DNA of 44,282 nt from a virus, in IMG/VR virus record IMGVR_UViG_3300010352_002455. One strand, written 5' to 3'. The position numbers were made by a program, and so were the translations under genes. The notes beneath the pieces were generated by a model, which saw only the letters and a program-made list of their open reading frames with translations, did no database searches and was not told the origin of the DNA. This document shows, in pieces, positions 1 to 8,732 of this stretch (position 1 is the stretch's first letter; the number at the start of each line of letters is the position of its first letter).

Positions 1-69
1 AAAAGAAAAAATAAAATTCTCTGTTTCTTCTGATGTATTAAATCCATCCATGTAGGGTGTTGTTTCGGG
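1..69. repeat. Terminal overlap, copy 1 (identical to 44214-44282)
   Basis: Compared directly: aaaagaaaaaataaaattctctgtttcttctgatgtattaaatccatccatgtagggtgttgtttcggg occurs at both ends. Confidence 0.95.
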
Positions 70-576
70 CATTTGTGATAATATTTCAATTTGTTCTTCG
101 TCTGACAACTCTGTACAATCTGTTTCTCCAAAATCACATTCTAATATGACTGTCTTAAAATTGTGGCTATCGTAATATGTCCATCCGGTTATTTCCGTAT
201 GATTTTCGTTTTCTTCTCTCCATTCTTTTATAAAATTGTTTATTTCAACGACTTTATCATCTGTTAATTCTAAATTTTCATCTTCAATTTCAAAATGGTT
301 TCTACAATCGCAAATTTCAATATCATCAGGGAAAATGTTAAATTTTTCAGATATGGCACTTTTTAAATCTGCTACTGCACTGCTGCTACTATTGTCAAGT
401 GAATAACATCCTGAGAGGTAACAATCAGATTTTTGCCCATAATTTCCGTAAGTCTCACACAAATTCATTTCTTCAAAATTTTCACGGTGTGTAACTCGAA
501 TTTCTTGGTCTTCGTCGTTCATTCTTACTATAATCCATTCTTCTAATAATTTTTCTAATTCGTCATTTGTTTTCAT
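1..576 (-). CDS. Hypothetical acidic Cys-containing protein, N-terminal 192 codons. The CDS wraps the circular junction and stops at 44166 (207 aa in total).
   Basis: Hand translation from ATG at 576 (MKTNDELEKLLEEWIIVRMNDEDQE...) stays open to position 1. It continues in frame at 44213 (..DRWATNPWYCTVKRK*). The ORF track misses it because it crosses the window edge. Confidence 0.7.
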   Translation of the reverse strand, partial: MKTNDELEKLLEEWIIVRMNDEDQEIRVTHRENFEEMNLCETYGNYGQKSDCYLSGCYSLDNSSSSAVADLKSAISEKFNIFPDDIEICDCRNHFEIEDENLELTDDKVVEINNFIKEWREENENHTEITGWTYYDSHNFKTVILECDFGETDCTELSDEEQIEILSQMPETTPYMDGFNTSEETENFIFSF

Positions 577-770
577 AATATTGTTTTTTTGTTATTGTTT
601 GATGACGTAAAGATACAACAATTCAACCCCCTTTGTCAAGAGGTAAACACATTTTTATTAAAAATAATTGTATTGATTTATAGAGAGTTACAAAATATTG
701 TCAAATAAACAATGGATTTTATCTAAAAAAGTCGGAGTTTTTCGGAGTTTTTGAGAAAAAATGAAAAATA

Positions 771-3284
771 CTATAAAGAAATTTTTTCTTTTGCAAATTT
801 TATTTCTGCCTTTATGTTTTCTTTCCCCTCCGTAAATTCAAAGGTCATGGTCACCGGCAACAGCCTAACCCCGTCAATTAACACCCACCTCGTTTGGGCT
901 TTAGTCTCAGAATCCTGCGGCTTTAAGAGGGCAATTATTTGCAAAAAAACAGAAAGAGGAACTAAAAACTTATAAACTACATATTCGCACTTTGCCAGGA
1001 AATTAAGCCAAGGTTTTACATATATTTCCCCGACTGAATTTTCTCCGGTGGCGGTGATGTCAATACCTCTAATACGATTTCCATTATCATTATAACTAAC
1101 CGGGGAAGACTTTACATATTTAACACCATTGCCAAAATCAGATAATCCAAAATAATTCATTAAAATTAGAGGAAAATCATTGTTTTCAGTATCAAACAGA
1201 GCGCTTGCACCTTGTAAATTAATATCTGGGAAATTATTATCCACCGCTCCTGGATATCTGTCGTTTCCGGGAACCTTTAAGGAGGGTTTAACCTCTGTTA
1301 CATCTTCGCTTTTTCCACACACAAGTTTGTGATCGTTCCCCGGTCCTTGTATCCATGATATTGACCAATTTACATCATCTTGTTTTGACAAATTATAGCG
1401 ATTTTCTGTTTTTACGAGGCAATATTTCCCGATATTAAACTCACAATATGGAATATCTGAATATTTTATAACGTCATCAATTTTTTTAATAACATCAATT
1501 TCCTCACTTTCAGTAGGCTCTAAAAAATATTCATATTGTTTTTCGTCTTGCTCTTCTATGATTGTTTCTTCTGTAAGAACATATTTAGACAAATCAAGGA
1601 ATTTGTTTCCCAAAATTGTATCTTTAAAAAACGATAACTCAATTTGTTTTTTTCTGCTGTCAATATAATAATTGAGTCCAAATAGGCTGCATACCGTATT
1701 AAACAACTCTCCATTTGTTAAATTTGGAACATGCTCACTATATTTAAGAATATTAGAAAAAATATTAAACTTTCCGCTTCGTGACATTGCGGCACTTACA
1801 AAGGCAATATCTTCCTGCCTCGACAAATCAAAAAAACTGTTTTCAGGCTGTTGTGTATAAATATAAGTTGCCATTTTGCTCTGTGACTGCGAAGCATAAA
1901 CATTAAACGATCCCAAATCATTGTTTGAATCATAATAAATCATTTGATACCCAAAGAAAAACCCTATTTTTTTACCAATATCTGATTCGTCAAAGGTTTG
2001 TTGAAAAACATATTCAAACTCCCCGATACGATGTCCGTTTGAATCCTGACCCAAATCTGTCAGGTCCAATGCAGTACTTCCACCGAAGGTGTGATATATT
2101 TCGGAATAAACACAATTAGGATTAACCCATTCCGGATATGGATAACCTGAAATAAAATTATTAAAATCTATATTCCCGTTTTGGTCCAAAAAATTACAAC
2201 TAAAAAAAACATAATAGCGACTTGCGTCAGAGTAAGGGCCTTCGCCGAAGGCTTGTTTTGAAATTAAGGCTTTAATTTTAACATGAAAATGATAATTACC
2301 AGCTTTAGTAATAGTAATAGCATGAGTTGTGTCATTCCACATATTTGTATTTTCTTTATCAAAAAGATTTTTCTTCAACAACTCCAATTTTCCGGTTTGA
2401 TTAATGGTGTACCACGTATCAAGTTGTTGATTAACGGCCGCATATATGCCACTATTAAATAGAAAAAAATGAGACGCAGAAATATCCATTCCACGAAGGG
2501 ATTGACAGATCATTCTTTTTACGTTTAAATCATCTTTAAAATCACCAGTAAGTTTATACCCGGCGTTTTCAACTATTTTGTTGATTAGCCATAAAAATGA
2601 TAGAGCAGGGGCAAAAGCAAATGAATTCCACCCAATTTCTTCATCAAGTGGATCGGTTGGCATGGAATTAAATACCCGTACAACACTATCTCTTTCTCGT
2701 GATTCAACAACTTCTCCATATCTGTCAAAAAAAAGTCTGTTAAGTAGTTTATTGTGACCTTCAAGCCCTGCAAGTTGTCCATTGTGAATCCCAAATCCCT
2801 CGTTTGATGATCCATAAAAGCTATCATTTTTAAAGAGCGGGAAACGAATATTTGAGCCCGGTTCAATAGTCTTTTTCAAAAATTCAATAAACTTTGTTTT
2901 GTGTTCTTGATAATTTTCACTAATTATCAGGTCCTCCCCATATTGATTTTCTTTTAGTTTTCTATCTGCAAAGCCTTCCGGGTATGGATTTACCACAACG
3001 CCGCACGAATAACTATTTTTTGAACTTTTTTGAAGATATAAGTCTCCATTTGCAAATTCAACCCCACCAACACTGACCACCGCTTTATATTTTTTAAGAC
3101 GCTGAACATAAATATAGCGGGCGTGGGAGAACACAAGATCGTTTTTTTGTGCCGGTACGTCGAAAGTAAAAATTACATCACCCTCAATCTTTTCTGTATT
3201 GAAAATAGAGTTATTCATCTCCATTTGTATAGATGTCCCTATTTTAATATACAGTTCTTTATTTTCTATTAGTATTTTAAGCAT
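771..3284 (-). CDS. Large virion structural protein at the distal end of the tail operon (baseplate or fibre candidate)
   Basis: 837-aa ORF, the last gene of the co-oriented tail gene string downstream of the tape measure. No motif recognised. Confidence 0.4.
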   Translation of the reverse strand: MLKILIENKELYIKIGTSIQMEMNNSIFNTEKIEGDVIFTFDVPAQKNDLVFSHARYIYVQRLKKYKAVVSVGGVEFANGDLYLQKSSKNSYSCGVVVNPYPEGFADRKLKENQYGEDLIISENYQEHKTKFIEFLKKTIEPGSNIRFPLFKNDSFYGSSNEGFGIHNGQLAGLEGHNKLLNRLFFDRYGEVVESRERDSVVRVFNSMPTDPLDEEIGWNSFAFAPALSFLWLINKIVENAGYKLTGDFKDDLNVKRMICQSLRGMDISASHFFLFNSGIYAAVNQQLDTWYTINQTGKLELLKKNLFDKENTNMWNDTTHAITITKAGNYHFHVKIKALISKQAFGEGPYSDASRYYVFFSCNFLDQNGNIDFNNFISGYPYPEWVNPNCVYSEIYHTFGGSTALDLTDLGQDSNGHRIGEFEYVFQQTFDESDIGKKIGFFFGYQMIYYDSNNDLGSFNVYASQSQSKMATYIYTQQPENSFFDLSRQEDIAFVSAAMSRSGKFNIFSNILKYSEHVPNLTNGELFNTVCSLFGLNYYIDSRKKQIELSFFKDTILGNKFLDLSKYVLTEETIIEEQDEKQYEYFLEPTESEEIDVIKKIDDVIKYSDIPYCEFNIGKYCLVKTENRYNLSKQDDVNWSISWIQGPGNDHKLVCGKSEDVTEVKPSLKVPGNDRYPGAVDNNFPDINLQGASALFDTENNDFPLILMNYFGLSDFGNGVKYVKSSPVSYNDNGNRIRGIDITATGENSVGEIYVKPWLNFLAKCEYVVYKFLVPLSVFLQIIALLKPQDSETKAQTRWVLIDGVRLLPVTMTFEFTEGKENIKAEIKFAKEKISL

Positions 3285-3286
3285 GA

Positions 3287-3928
3287 TTACAAATATTCTA
3301 TTTCAGGCGGTGTAAAATTTCCATCATATCTACATACATTTGAAATTCTTATTTCATCAAGAATTGAGGTTCCCGTACTTAAAAATCTTAGCCCATATGT
3401 TGTTGCATATTGAGGGGTTCCTGATACCGAAGCGGTTACTTCTAAAACCCCATCTAAATATAATTTAATTGTTCCATTTTTATGAGTCATTGCGATGTGG
3501 TGCCAAGCGTTTAAGCTTGCAACCGTTACCCCTTGTAAATATTTTTGACTACCTGAATAATAATAGAAAGTAACCTTTCCTTGAGTTAAGCCAAAGCTGA
3601 AATAATCAACCCCGTTTGGAGAGTTTCCACAACAGACATTAGTCCCATGAGTGTTTGAATTAGCAGTACTCAATAATGCTGTATTATATACCCACATATC
3701 TATTGTATAATCTTGAGTACTCCATTTTAAAGCATCAACAAAAGCAGTGTAAAAAAAATTGGATAATGCTGCACTGATTCCATTATTAAACTTCCCCGTG
3801 ACAATTGATGATGAATTATTAGTAACAGTTCTTGCAACCAGTGATGAATCAGTATAATCTTCGCAGTGTAAGACTAATAAACAATTTTCATCAATTGCTA
3901 ATGAGCTTTCTTTGTGTTCCTTAATCAT
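3287..3928 (-). CDS. LamG / concanavalin-A-like lectin domain protein (putative receptor- or glycan-binding tail protein)
   Basis: LamG-type signature ..NAWHHIAMTHKNGTIKLYLDGVL.. and terminal ..ILDEIRISNV... MIKEH N-terminus shared with two other ORFs. Confidence 0.6.
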   Translation of the reverse strand: MIKEHKESSLAIDENCLLVLHCEDYTDSSLVARTVTNNSSSIVTGKFNNGISAALSNFFYTAFVDALKWSTQDYTIDMWVYNTALLSTANSNTHGTNVCCGNSPNGVDYFSFGLTQGKVTFYYYSGSQKYLQGVTVASLNAWHHIAMTHKNGTIKLYLDGVLEVTASVSGTPQYATTYGLRFLSTGTSILDEIRISNVCRYDGNFTPPEIEYL

Positions 3929-3934
3929 GATTTT

Positions 3935-4108
3935 TTATTTAAAACCAATTTTCCAAGCTGAAGAATCATTTCCAACCTCGTAATAAGTCGGTATTGATAT
4001 AGACTTTTCTACATAAAAAACAGCACACAAGCAATAAACCAACAGAGAGAAAAGCACTGCTATTATTGCATATTTAAAGAACAATCTGATGTTAATTAGT
4101 TTTATCAT
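3935..4108 (-). CDS. Small predicted membrane protein (57 aa), below the ORF-track cutoff
   Basis: Hand translation gives MIKLINIRLFFKYAIIAVLFSLLVYCLCAVFYVEKSISIPTYYEVGNDSSAWKIGFK*. It fills the gap between two LamG-like genes and has one hydrophobic helix. Confidence 0.4.
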   Translation of the reverse strand: MIKLINIRLFFKYAIIAVLFSLLVYCLCAVFYVEKSISIPTYYEVGNDSSAWKIGFK

Positions 4109-4116
4109 AATATTTT

Positions 4117-4734
4117 TTATTTTACCCAGATTTTTAAATCTTTTACATAGCCGGAAAACGTTCCCCCTGCTGAGTATACTTTACTGCAAAATTGTAAATA
4201 ATTACAAGAATTTATTCTTGTACGAAGCAATGTATTACTACCCTCTATTATTGTTCCTCTTGTTAGATTTTCATTCAAAAGTATAGCCGAATTATCAGTA
4301 ATGTCTTTATAAGTATATTGTAAGGTGTTTTGGGTATTATTAGCTATAAAAGAAGTAACCGAAACGTTTCCGCTCGCAACCAATATGCCTTGCTTTGCTG
4401 TTGCTGAATTATAGTTTGTTGGAGTATCTGTTATTGTAAAATATGTATAGTTGTTTGTGTTTGGTATTGCGGAAACAAAATTTAGAAGATAAACATCAGC
4501 TCTAATTAGTATTGTAGTAGCAGACAATAATAGCGCTCGTAGGGTTGATATATTCCAATAAACATTTGATTTATATTGTTGTGCGACAATTTTTATTCCT
4601 CTATCAGCTGCATAAGCATCCCACGTTCCATCTACATTTACACCCTGTATTTGATTAATAACATCGTTGACGTCGCTTGTAAGCGGAGCGTGAAAGATCA
4701 AGCTGTAGTCGTTGTTCACATGTTCCTTTATCAT
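4117..4734 (-). CDS. LamG-like jelly-roll protein (putative tail accessory or receptor-binding protein)
   Basis: MIKEH N-terminus. The C-terminal strand ..GTFSGYVKDLKIWVK resembles the LamG terminal motif (G-x-hydrophobic-D-D/E-hydrophobic-R/K-I-W/Y). Confidence 0.4.
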   Translation of the reverse strand: MIKEHVNNDYSLIFHAPLTSDVNDVINQIQGVNVDGTWDAYAADRGIKIVAQQYKSNVYWNISTLRALLLSATTILIRADVYLLNFVSAIPNTNNYTYFTITDTPTNYNSATAKQGILVASGNVSVTSFIANNTQNTLQYTYKDITDNSAILLNENLTRGTIIEGSNTLLRTRINSCNYLQFCSKVYSAGGTFSGYVKDLKIWVK

Positions 4735-5186
4735 TTCATTTCAGAATAAGTATTACTGTTAAATGCTGCATCAATATCTTCTATAGTTCCTGCAGCAAGA
4801 ATAAGGGCTTCAACGCGTGTATATTCTGCTATACACTGCTTTGCAATACTGGCTGCTTTTGCAATTATTTCTTCTTTTTTTTCTATTGTATAAACATCCG
4901 GCAAAAATGCGTCGGTTATCTGCCATCCTGCCACTACAGCATTTGAAGTTGAGAGTGAAAGATTATGAAGGTCGTTGATTTTTTTCATACGATACTCTTC
5001 TACATCGATAACAGGAGCAACAGTAAGTTGACGGTTTTTAATTTCTAAAACTGAAGCAGTTGGATTTTGAAGAAAAAAAACAACCATCCCCTCTGTTAAT
5101 CTTTCAAACACTAAATTATTGATTAAGGAATGAGAAGATACGACTCTCCCCTGATAGAAGTAATAATAAGTTTGTAATTCTGCCAT
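4731..5186 (-). CDS. Hypothetical tail-region protein
   Basis: 151-aa ORF. Its stop overlaps the start of the next gene (ATGA), and it is co-oriented within the tail operon. Confidence 0.5.
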   Translation of the reverse strand: MAELQTYYYFYQGRVVSSHSLINNLVFERLTEGMVVFFLQNPTASVLEIKNRQLTVAPVIDVEEYRMKKINDLHNLSLSTSNAVVAGWQITDAFLPDVYTIEKKEEIIAKAASIAKQCIAEYTRVEALILAAGTIEDIDAAFNSNTYSEMK

Positions 5187-5599
5187 TATGCGCCTCCTTC
5201 TGTTAGTCGATTTCTTTCCGTAAAAATTATTCTATTATTTTCATCTCTTATCCACCCAAATTCTATAGCCTCTCCAGCCTTAACCGTGTAACTCATATTG
5301 CAATCTGCAGCAGCCCAGAACTCAACCCCTGAATGATTTGTTGAAATAGTAAATGTTAACACAATATCAGATGCAGTTGTGTTAAAAAACCACGCATAAT
5401 TTTCAACCCCACATACCACCTGTTCAACTGAAATAGAACGGGTAGTGGCAGCTGTATAGGCAAGGTCAATAGAAATGCAACTTGGAACATTCCCTCCTAT
5501 AATTTCTGTAATATAAGAGGAAGATGTTTCTGTAATTGTGTCAAGCTCTCGTATTGTCAAGCCAGCAACCTGCCATAATTGAATTTTTGTTCTACTCAT
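5186..5599 (-). CDS. Hypothetical tail-region protein whose N-terminus is paralogous to the upstream gene
   Basis: 137 aa. MSRTKIQLWQVAGLT resembles MTRTKFKVYQIDQIT of 5599..6636. Confidence 0.5.
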   Translation of the reverse strand: MSRTKIQLWQVAGLTIRELDTITETSSSYITEIIGGNVPSCISIDLAYTAATTRSISVEQVVCGVENYAWFFNTTASDIVLTFTISTNHSGVEFWAAADCNMSYTVKAGEAIEFGWIRDENNRIIFTERNRLTEGGA

Positions 5600-6636
5600 T
5601 ACGACCTTTTCTTTAATATGTAAGCCCGAATTATTTCGTTTGTCAGGTCAATGCTATCCGTATTATAAGCCGTCCAGGTTATTGTAGTTCCTGATACAGT
5701 GTAATCTGATCCGTATGTTTGCAACTGCCCATTAATGTATATCAACATTCCCTTTTCGACTTCATCGTATAGATTTGCGTCCAAGGTGGTAGTTTGATTT
5801 CCAACTTCTCCCGTAGCGGTTAGAGTAATCATGTGTCGGTTAAATGTGTCTTCTAATAAGGCAACATTTCCGTCTTTTGCCTGAAATTTTTGTGTGTAAT
5901 TTGTCGCTGTCGCCACATCTGTCGATAGAGTAACTGTCCCCGTTGAGCTGCCCTTTAGTTTCAGGGTGTTTTGGACAAAAGTTTTAGACGCTGTTACAAC
6001 CTGCGCTGATGCCAGTACCATATCTCCCGTGCCACTGCCATACACGGTGTCAAAATATGTTTTTAAAAATGCTTTCAATGTGGTAAACGACATTTTCTTA
6101 GCCGTTCCACCAACATTTATTACTATTTCGTTTGTGTCTGCAGGGGTTGCTTCTCCGGCATAAGCTGCAATAAGTGCTCCCATCACGGCGGCTGTAAGTT
6201 CCTGTTGCGGGGTGTAGCCCAGGTTGAACTCTAATATGTTCCAATTGCTTGCTGTCTGCCCGGGAGTGTCAGATAAGGCAATTAAAACATCTCCGGGATC
6301 AACTGTTTTTGTTCCAAGGGTACCGGCAACACTTATAACCCATACATCCGATTTTAAAATTGCCCCGGAGGCTCCTGAACCGCCCGTGGTTGGAAAGGCA
6401 TTTCCTGAAGCATCATAAATCCCTCTATTGTCCCACAAACCGGCTACCGAAGCATCAATCAAGGCTTTAATAGCCTTCGCGGAGGCAATAGAAGTATCGC
6501 TAGTCCAGTCAACACTTGCAAGACCAAAAAAATTGGCTAATTTGTCATAAGCAATTGCTGCATCTGCAATTACCTGATCAATATTAGCAGCGGTTATTTG
6601 ATCTATCTGATAAACTTTAAATTTTGTTCTTGTCAT
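5599..6636 (-). CDS. Putative tail fibre or receptor-binding protein
   Basis: 345 aa, rich in Gly, Ser, Thr and Ala, with long predicted beta stretches. Position within the tail operon. Confidence 0.4.
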   Translation of the reverse strand: MTRTKFKVYQIDQITAANIDQVIADAAIAYDKLANFFGLASVDWTSDTSIASAKAIKALIDASVAGLWDNRGIYDASGNAFPTTGGSGASGAILKSDVWVISVAGTLGTKTVDPGDVLIALSDTPGQTASNWNILEFNLGYTPQQELTAAVMGALIAAYAGEATPADTNEIVINVGGTAKKMSFTTLKAFLKTYFDTVYGSGTGDMVLASAQVVTASKTFVQNTLKLKGSSTGTVTLSTDVATATNYTQKFQAKDGNVALLEDTFNRHMITLTATGEVGNQTTTLDANLYDEVEKGMLIYINGQLQTYGSDYTVSGTTITWTAYNTDSIDLTNEIIRAYILKKRS

Positions 6637-6655
6637 GATTTTTTAATATTAAATA

Positions 6656-7063
6656 TTATTCAAATGGTATATATTCGATTGATAACTCATCTGTTATCTC
6701 AGGAGCAAAAACAAAGGTCACTCCTGTCAGATTTTCATTTTCAGCATAGTCTTTGTCAATTGTCAACTTCTGACCATTCAAATACAACCTTGTTGATCCC
6801 GAAACAAAGGCTTCCGGGGTGGTGAAAATATTGTTTTCTCCATCCTGTTCTCCGGTTAGGTTTCTTTGTACAATCAAAGCGTTCTTTGCAGACAAGGTAA
6901 CTATCTCTGCCCTAATTTCATCCAAATCTGTTTGAAACTCCTGAACGGCTGTTGTTCCAAATTCCTTGTCTCCCATAATTGTATTAACTGCTGATATCAG
7001 AGCGTTTAACTTGTCTCTTACAGATTCAGCTGATTCTGAATTTGCAATCTCTACTATTGCCAT
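6656..7063 (-). CDS. Hypothetical tail-region protein
   Basis: 135-aa ORF in the tail operon. Confidence 0.5.
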   Translation of the reverse strand: MAIVEIANSESAESVRDKLNALISAVNTIMGDKEFGTTAVQEFQTDLDEIRAEIVTLSAKNALIVQRNLTGEQDGENNIFTTPEAFVSGSTRLYLNGQKLTIDKDYAENENLTGVTFVFAPEITDELSIEYIPFE

Positions 7064-7064
7064 A

Positions 7065-8732
7065 TTATTGTTGTGTTATGTTTTGAAAATAAATTTGTAT
7101 ATGATCTCCCCAAATGCGAGTATCGTCCCACACTGTTACACCATCAAACAAATATCTATTAGTGTCTGTTTCTGCCTGATTTTCAGTCCCGATATCATTT
7201 GCTGCCACATTAAGCATATAGCTAAACTCTGCACTCTGTAAATCCTCTGCCTCGTCGGCTATTACAAATGTGTTTGGAAGTATAGATATCAGATATGTTT
7301 TGTTATTAAGAATTCTATAGTTAAATTTCTGTTCAACGGCATCACTGAGCAACTGCATTTCCTCTTTTGTTTTAGCTCCTGTCCGGGCTGTGTATAATGT
7401 TAATTTTTGAGAGAAATCAATTTCAGTAGCTCCGTTTTTCACAACCTTGTCTCCTTCCGTCTCTTTTTCTACCAACTGATTTTCTATAAAAAACGACTCC
7501 AGAACACCGTATTTGTTCTGCAAAAGAAATTCTTTTGCAAAGAAGGGTTTCTCTTCTAAAACAAAGGTTCTTTTAAAAGTCATCACATCTCCGGCCGAAA
7601 GTCCCGTAAATGTAAATGTAATTGTATAGGATAAGATATCGCCGGCATACTGATCAAGTCCGAGGGCTTTAAATGAAACTGGCACACGAGTAATTGCGTT
7701 GTGCTTAAAAGAAATCTGTCCGGTTGCGTGCGATGAAACGGTTGTGCCATCTTTGAGAAGCAAATCAACCTTATATGTATCTGCCTGATCAGCGGCCGCG
7801 ACGTAAATAAAATATAAAAATTGAGGCAAATCCTTGTAACTTTTTACGGTTAAATTATTGGGGCTTCCGTAGTTTCTTGGCTGATTATATTCCGATAGTT
7901 TTTTCTCATTATGAAACGTGATCCAGTCCGGGAGATTGACAGAGCGAGGATATTCATACTGTTTTGCATTCAGGGCAATCAAATCAGCAGATTTTTTCAC
8001 AGTTTGAACCGCCGGAGTATCTCCGTACACTTCTGCATACATTATATTATATAGTATAGTTGCATATTGGAGGGCATATCCGCCAACCGGATCGGAGATG
8101 TTTGGAACGTCACATTCTTCGAAGTAACTCTTCAAAATATCAAGCTGCAGTTTAGCAATATTATTTTCATCAACAGAAATTATCATTTCTGGAGTGCGAA
8201 TAGTCTCTTGGATTGACTGTGAATATCTTTTAATCAGAAGCTGAGTGTAAACAAAATAATTTGACAGTCTAATTCTACTAACTCCTACCACAGATTCGGC
8301 TAATACAGTGTAATGAGTAATCCTGTCGTCTGTTGAGATTGTAAGATTATACTCACTGCCCACTTCCTTGGCTGCGAAGGTAACTATTACCCCATTTCCG
8401 CTTATAACAGCAGTTATATCATAATATTTATTGAGCAAATAGTGATATACGATTTTGTCTTCAAAGGATTCAAGGATTTTTGCAATTGAAAGAGCAACAG
8501 CCATCCTGTCTGGATACTTTGCAGCAATAACATATTGACTTATTGTAAATGTAAGTGACGTATTATTAAACGAAAATGTGATTTTTTGATTAATATTAGG
8601 CAGCGAAGTAAAATAGAATTGCTTATAAAACTTAACCCCCGAAATTGAATTAGGGGTGCAGTTAAATTTAGCAGCAAGAGAGTTCTGTGCAAAATCAACA
8701 TCGAAAGGCCGTTCACTTAAATAGATACTCAT
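7065..8732 (-). CDS. Tail structural protein immediately downstream of the tape measure (distal tail or baseplate candidate)
   Basis: 555-aa ORF overlapping the tape measure stop by 4 nt. The call rests on position only. Confidence 0.45.
   Translation of the reverse strand: MSIYLSERPFDVDFAQNSLAAKFNCTPNSISGVKFYKQFYFTSLPNINQKITFSFNNTSLTFTISQYVIAAKYPDRMAVALSIAKILESFEDKIVYHYLLNKYYDITAVISGNGVIVTFAAKEVGSEYNLTISTDDRITHYTVLAESVVGVSRIRLSNYFVYTQLLIKRYSQSIQETIRTPEMIISVDENNIAKLQLDILKSYFEECDVPNISDPVGGYALQYATILYNIMYAEVYGDTPAVQTVKKSADLIALNAKQYEYPRSVNLPDWITFHNEKKLSEYNQPRNYGSPNNLTVKSYKDLPQFLYFIYVAAADQADTYKVDLLLKDGTTVSSHATGQISFKHNAITRVPVSFKALGLDQYAGDILSYTITFTFTGLSAGDVMTFKRTFVLEEKPFFAKEFLLQNKYGVLESFFIENQLVEKETEGDKVVKNGATEIDFSQKLTLYTARTGAKTKEEMQLLSDAVEQKFNYRILNNKTYLISILPNTFVIADEAEDLQSAEFSYMLNVAANDIGTENQAETDTNRYLFDGVTVWDDTRIWGDHIQIYFQNITQQ

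Noticed and set aside
1-69. Biological direct terminal repeat marking the physical genome ends
   Set aside because: The repeat is short and sits in the middle of an intact CDS with the frame preserved across the junction. This is most simply a circular-assembly overlap.
1028-1034. A remote third VR in the tail-fibre genes (the ccccgac string shared with TR/VR)
   Set aside because: Only 7 nt match and the flanks do not align to the TR. I found no other TR-like segment by eye, but a computational TR scan of the whole genome is still advisable.
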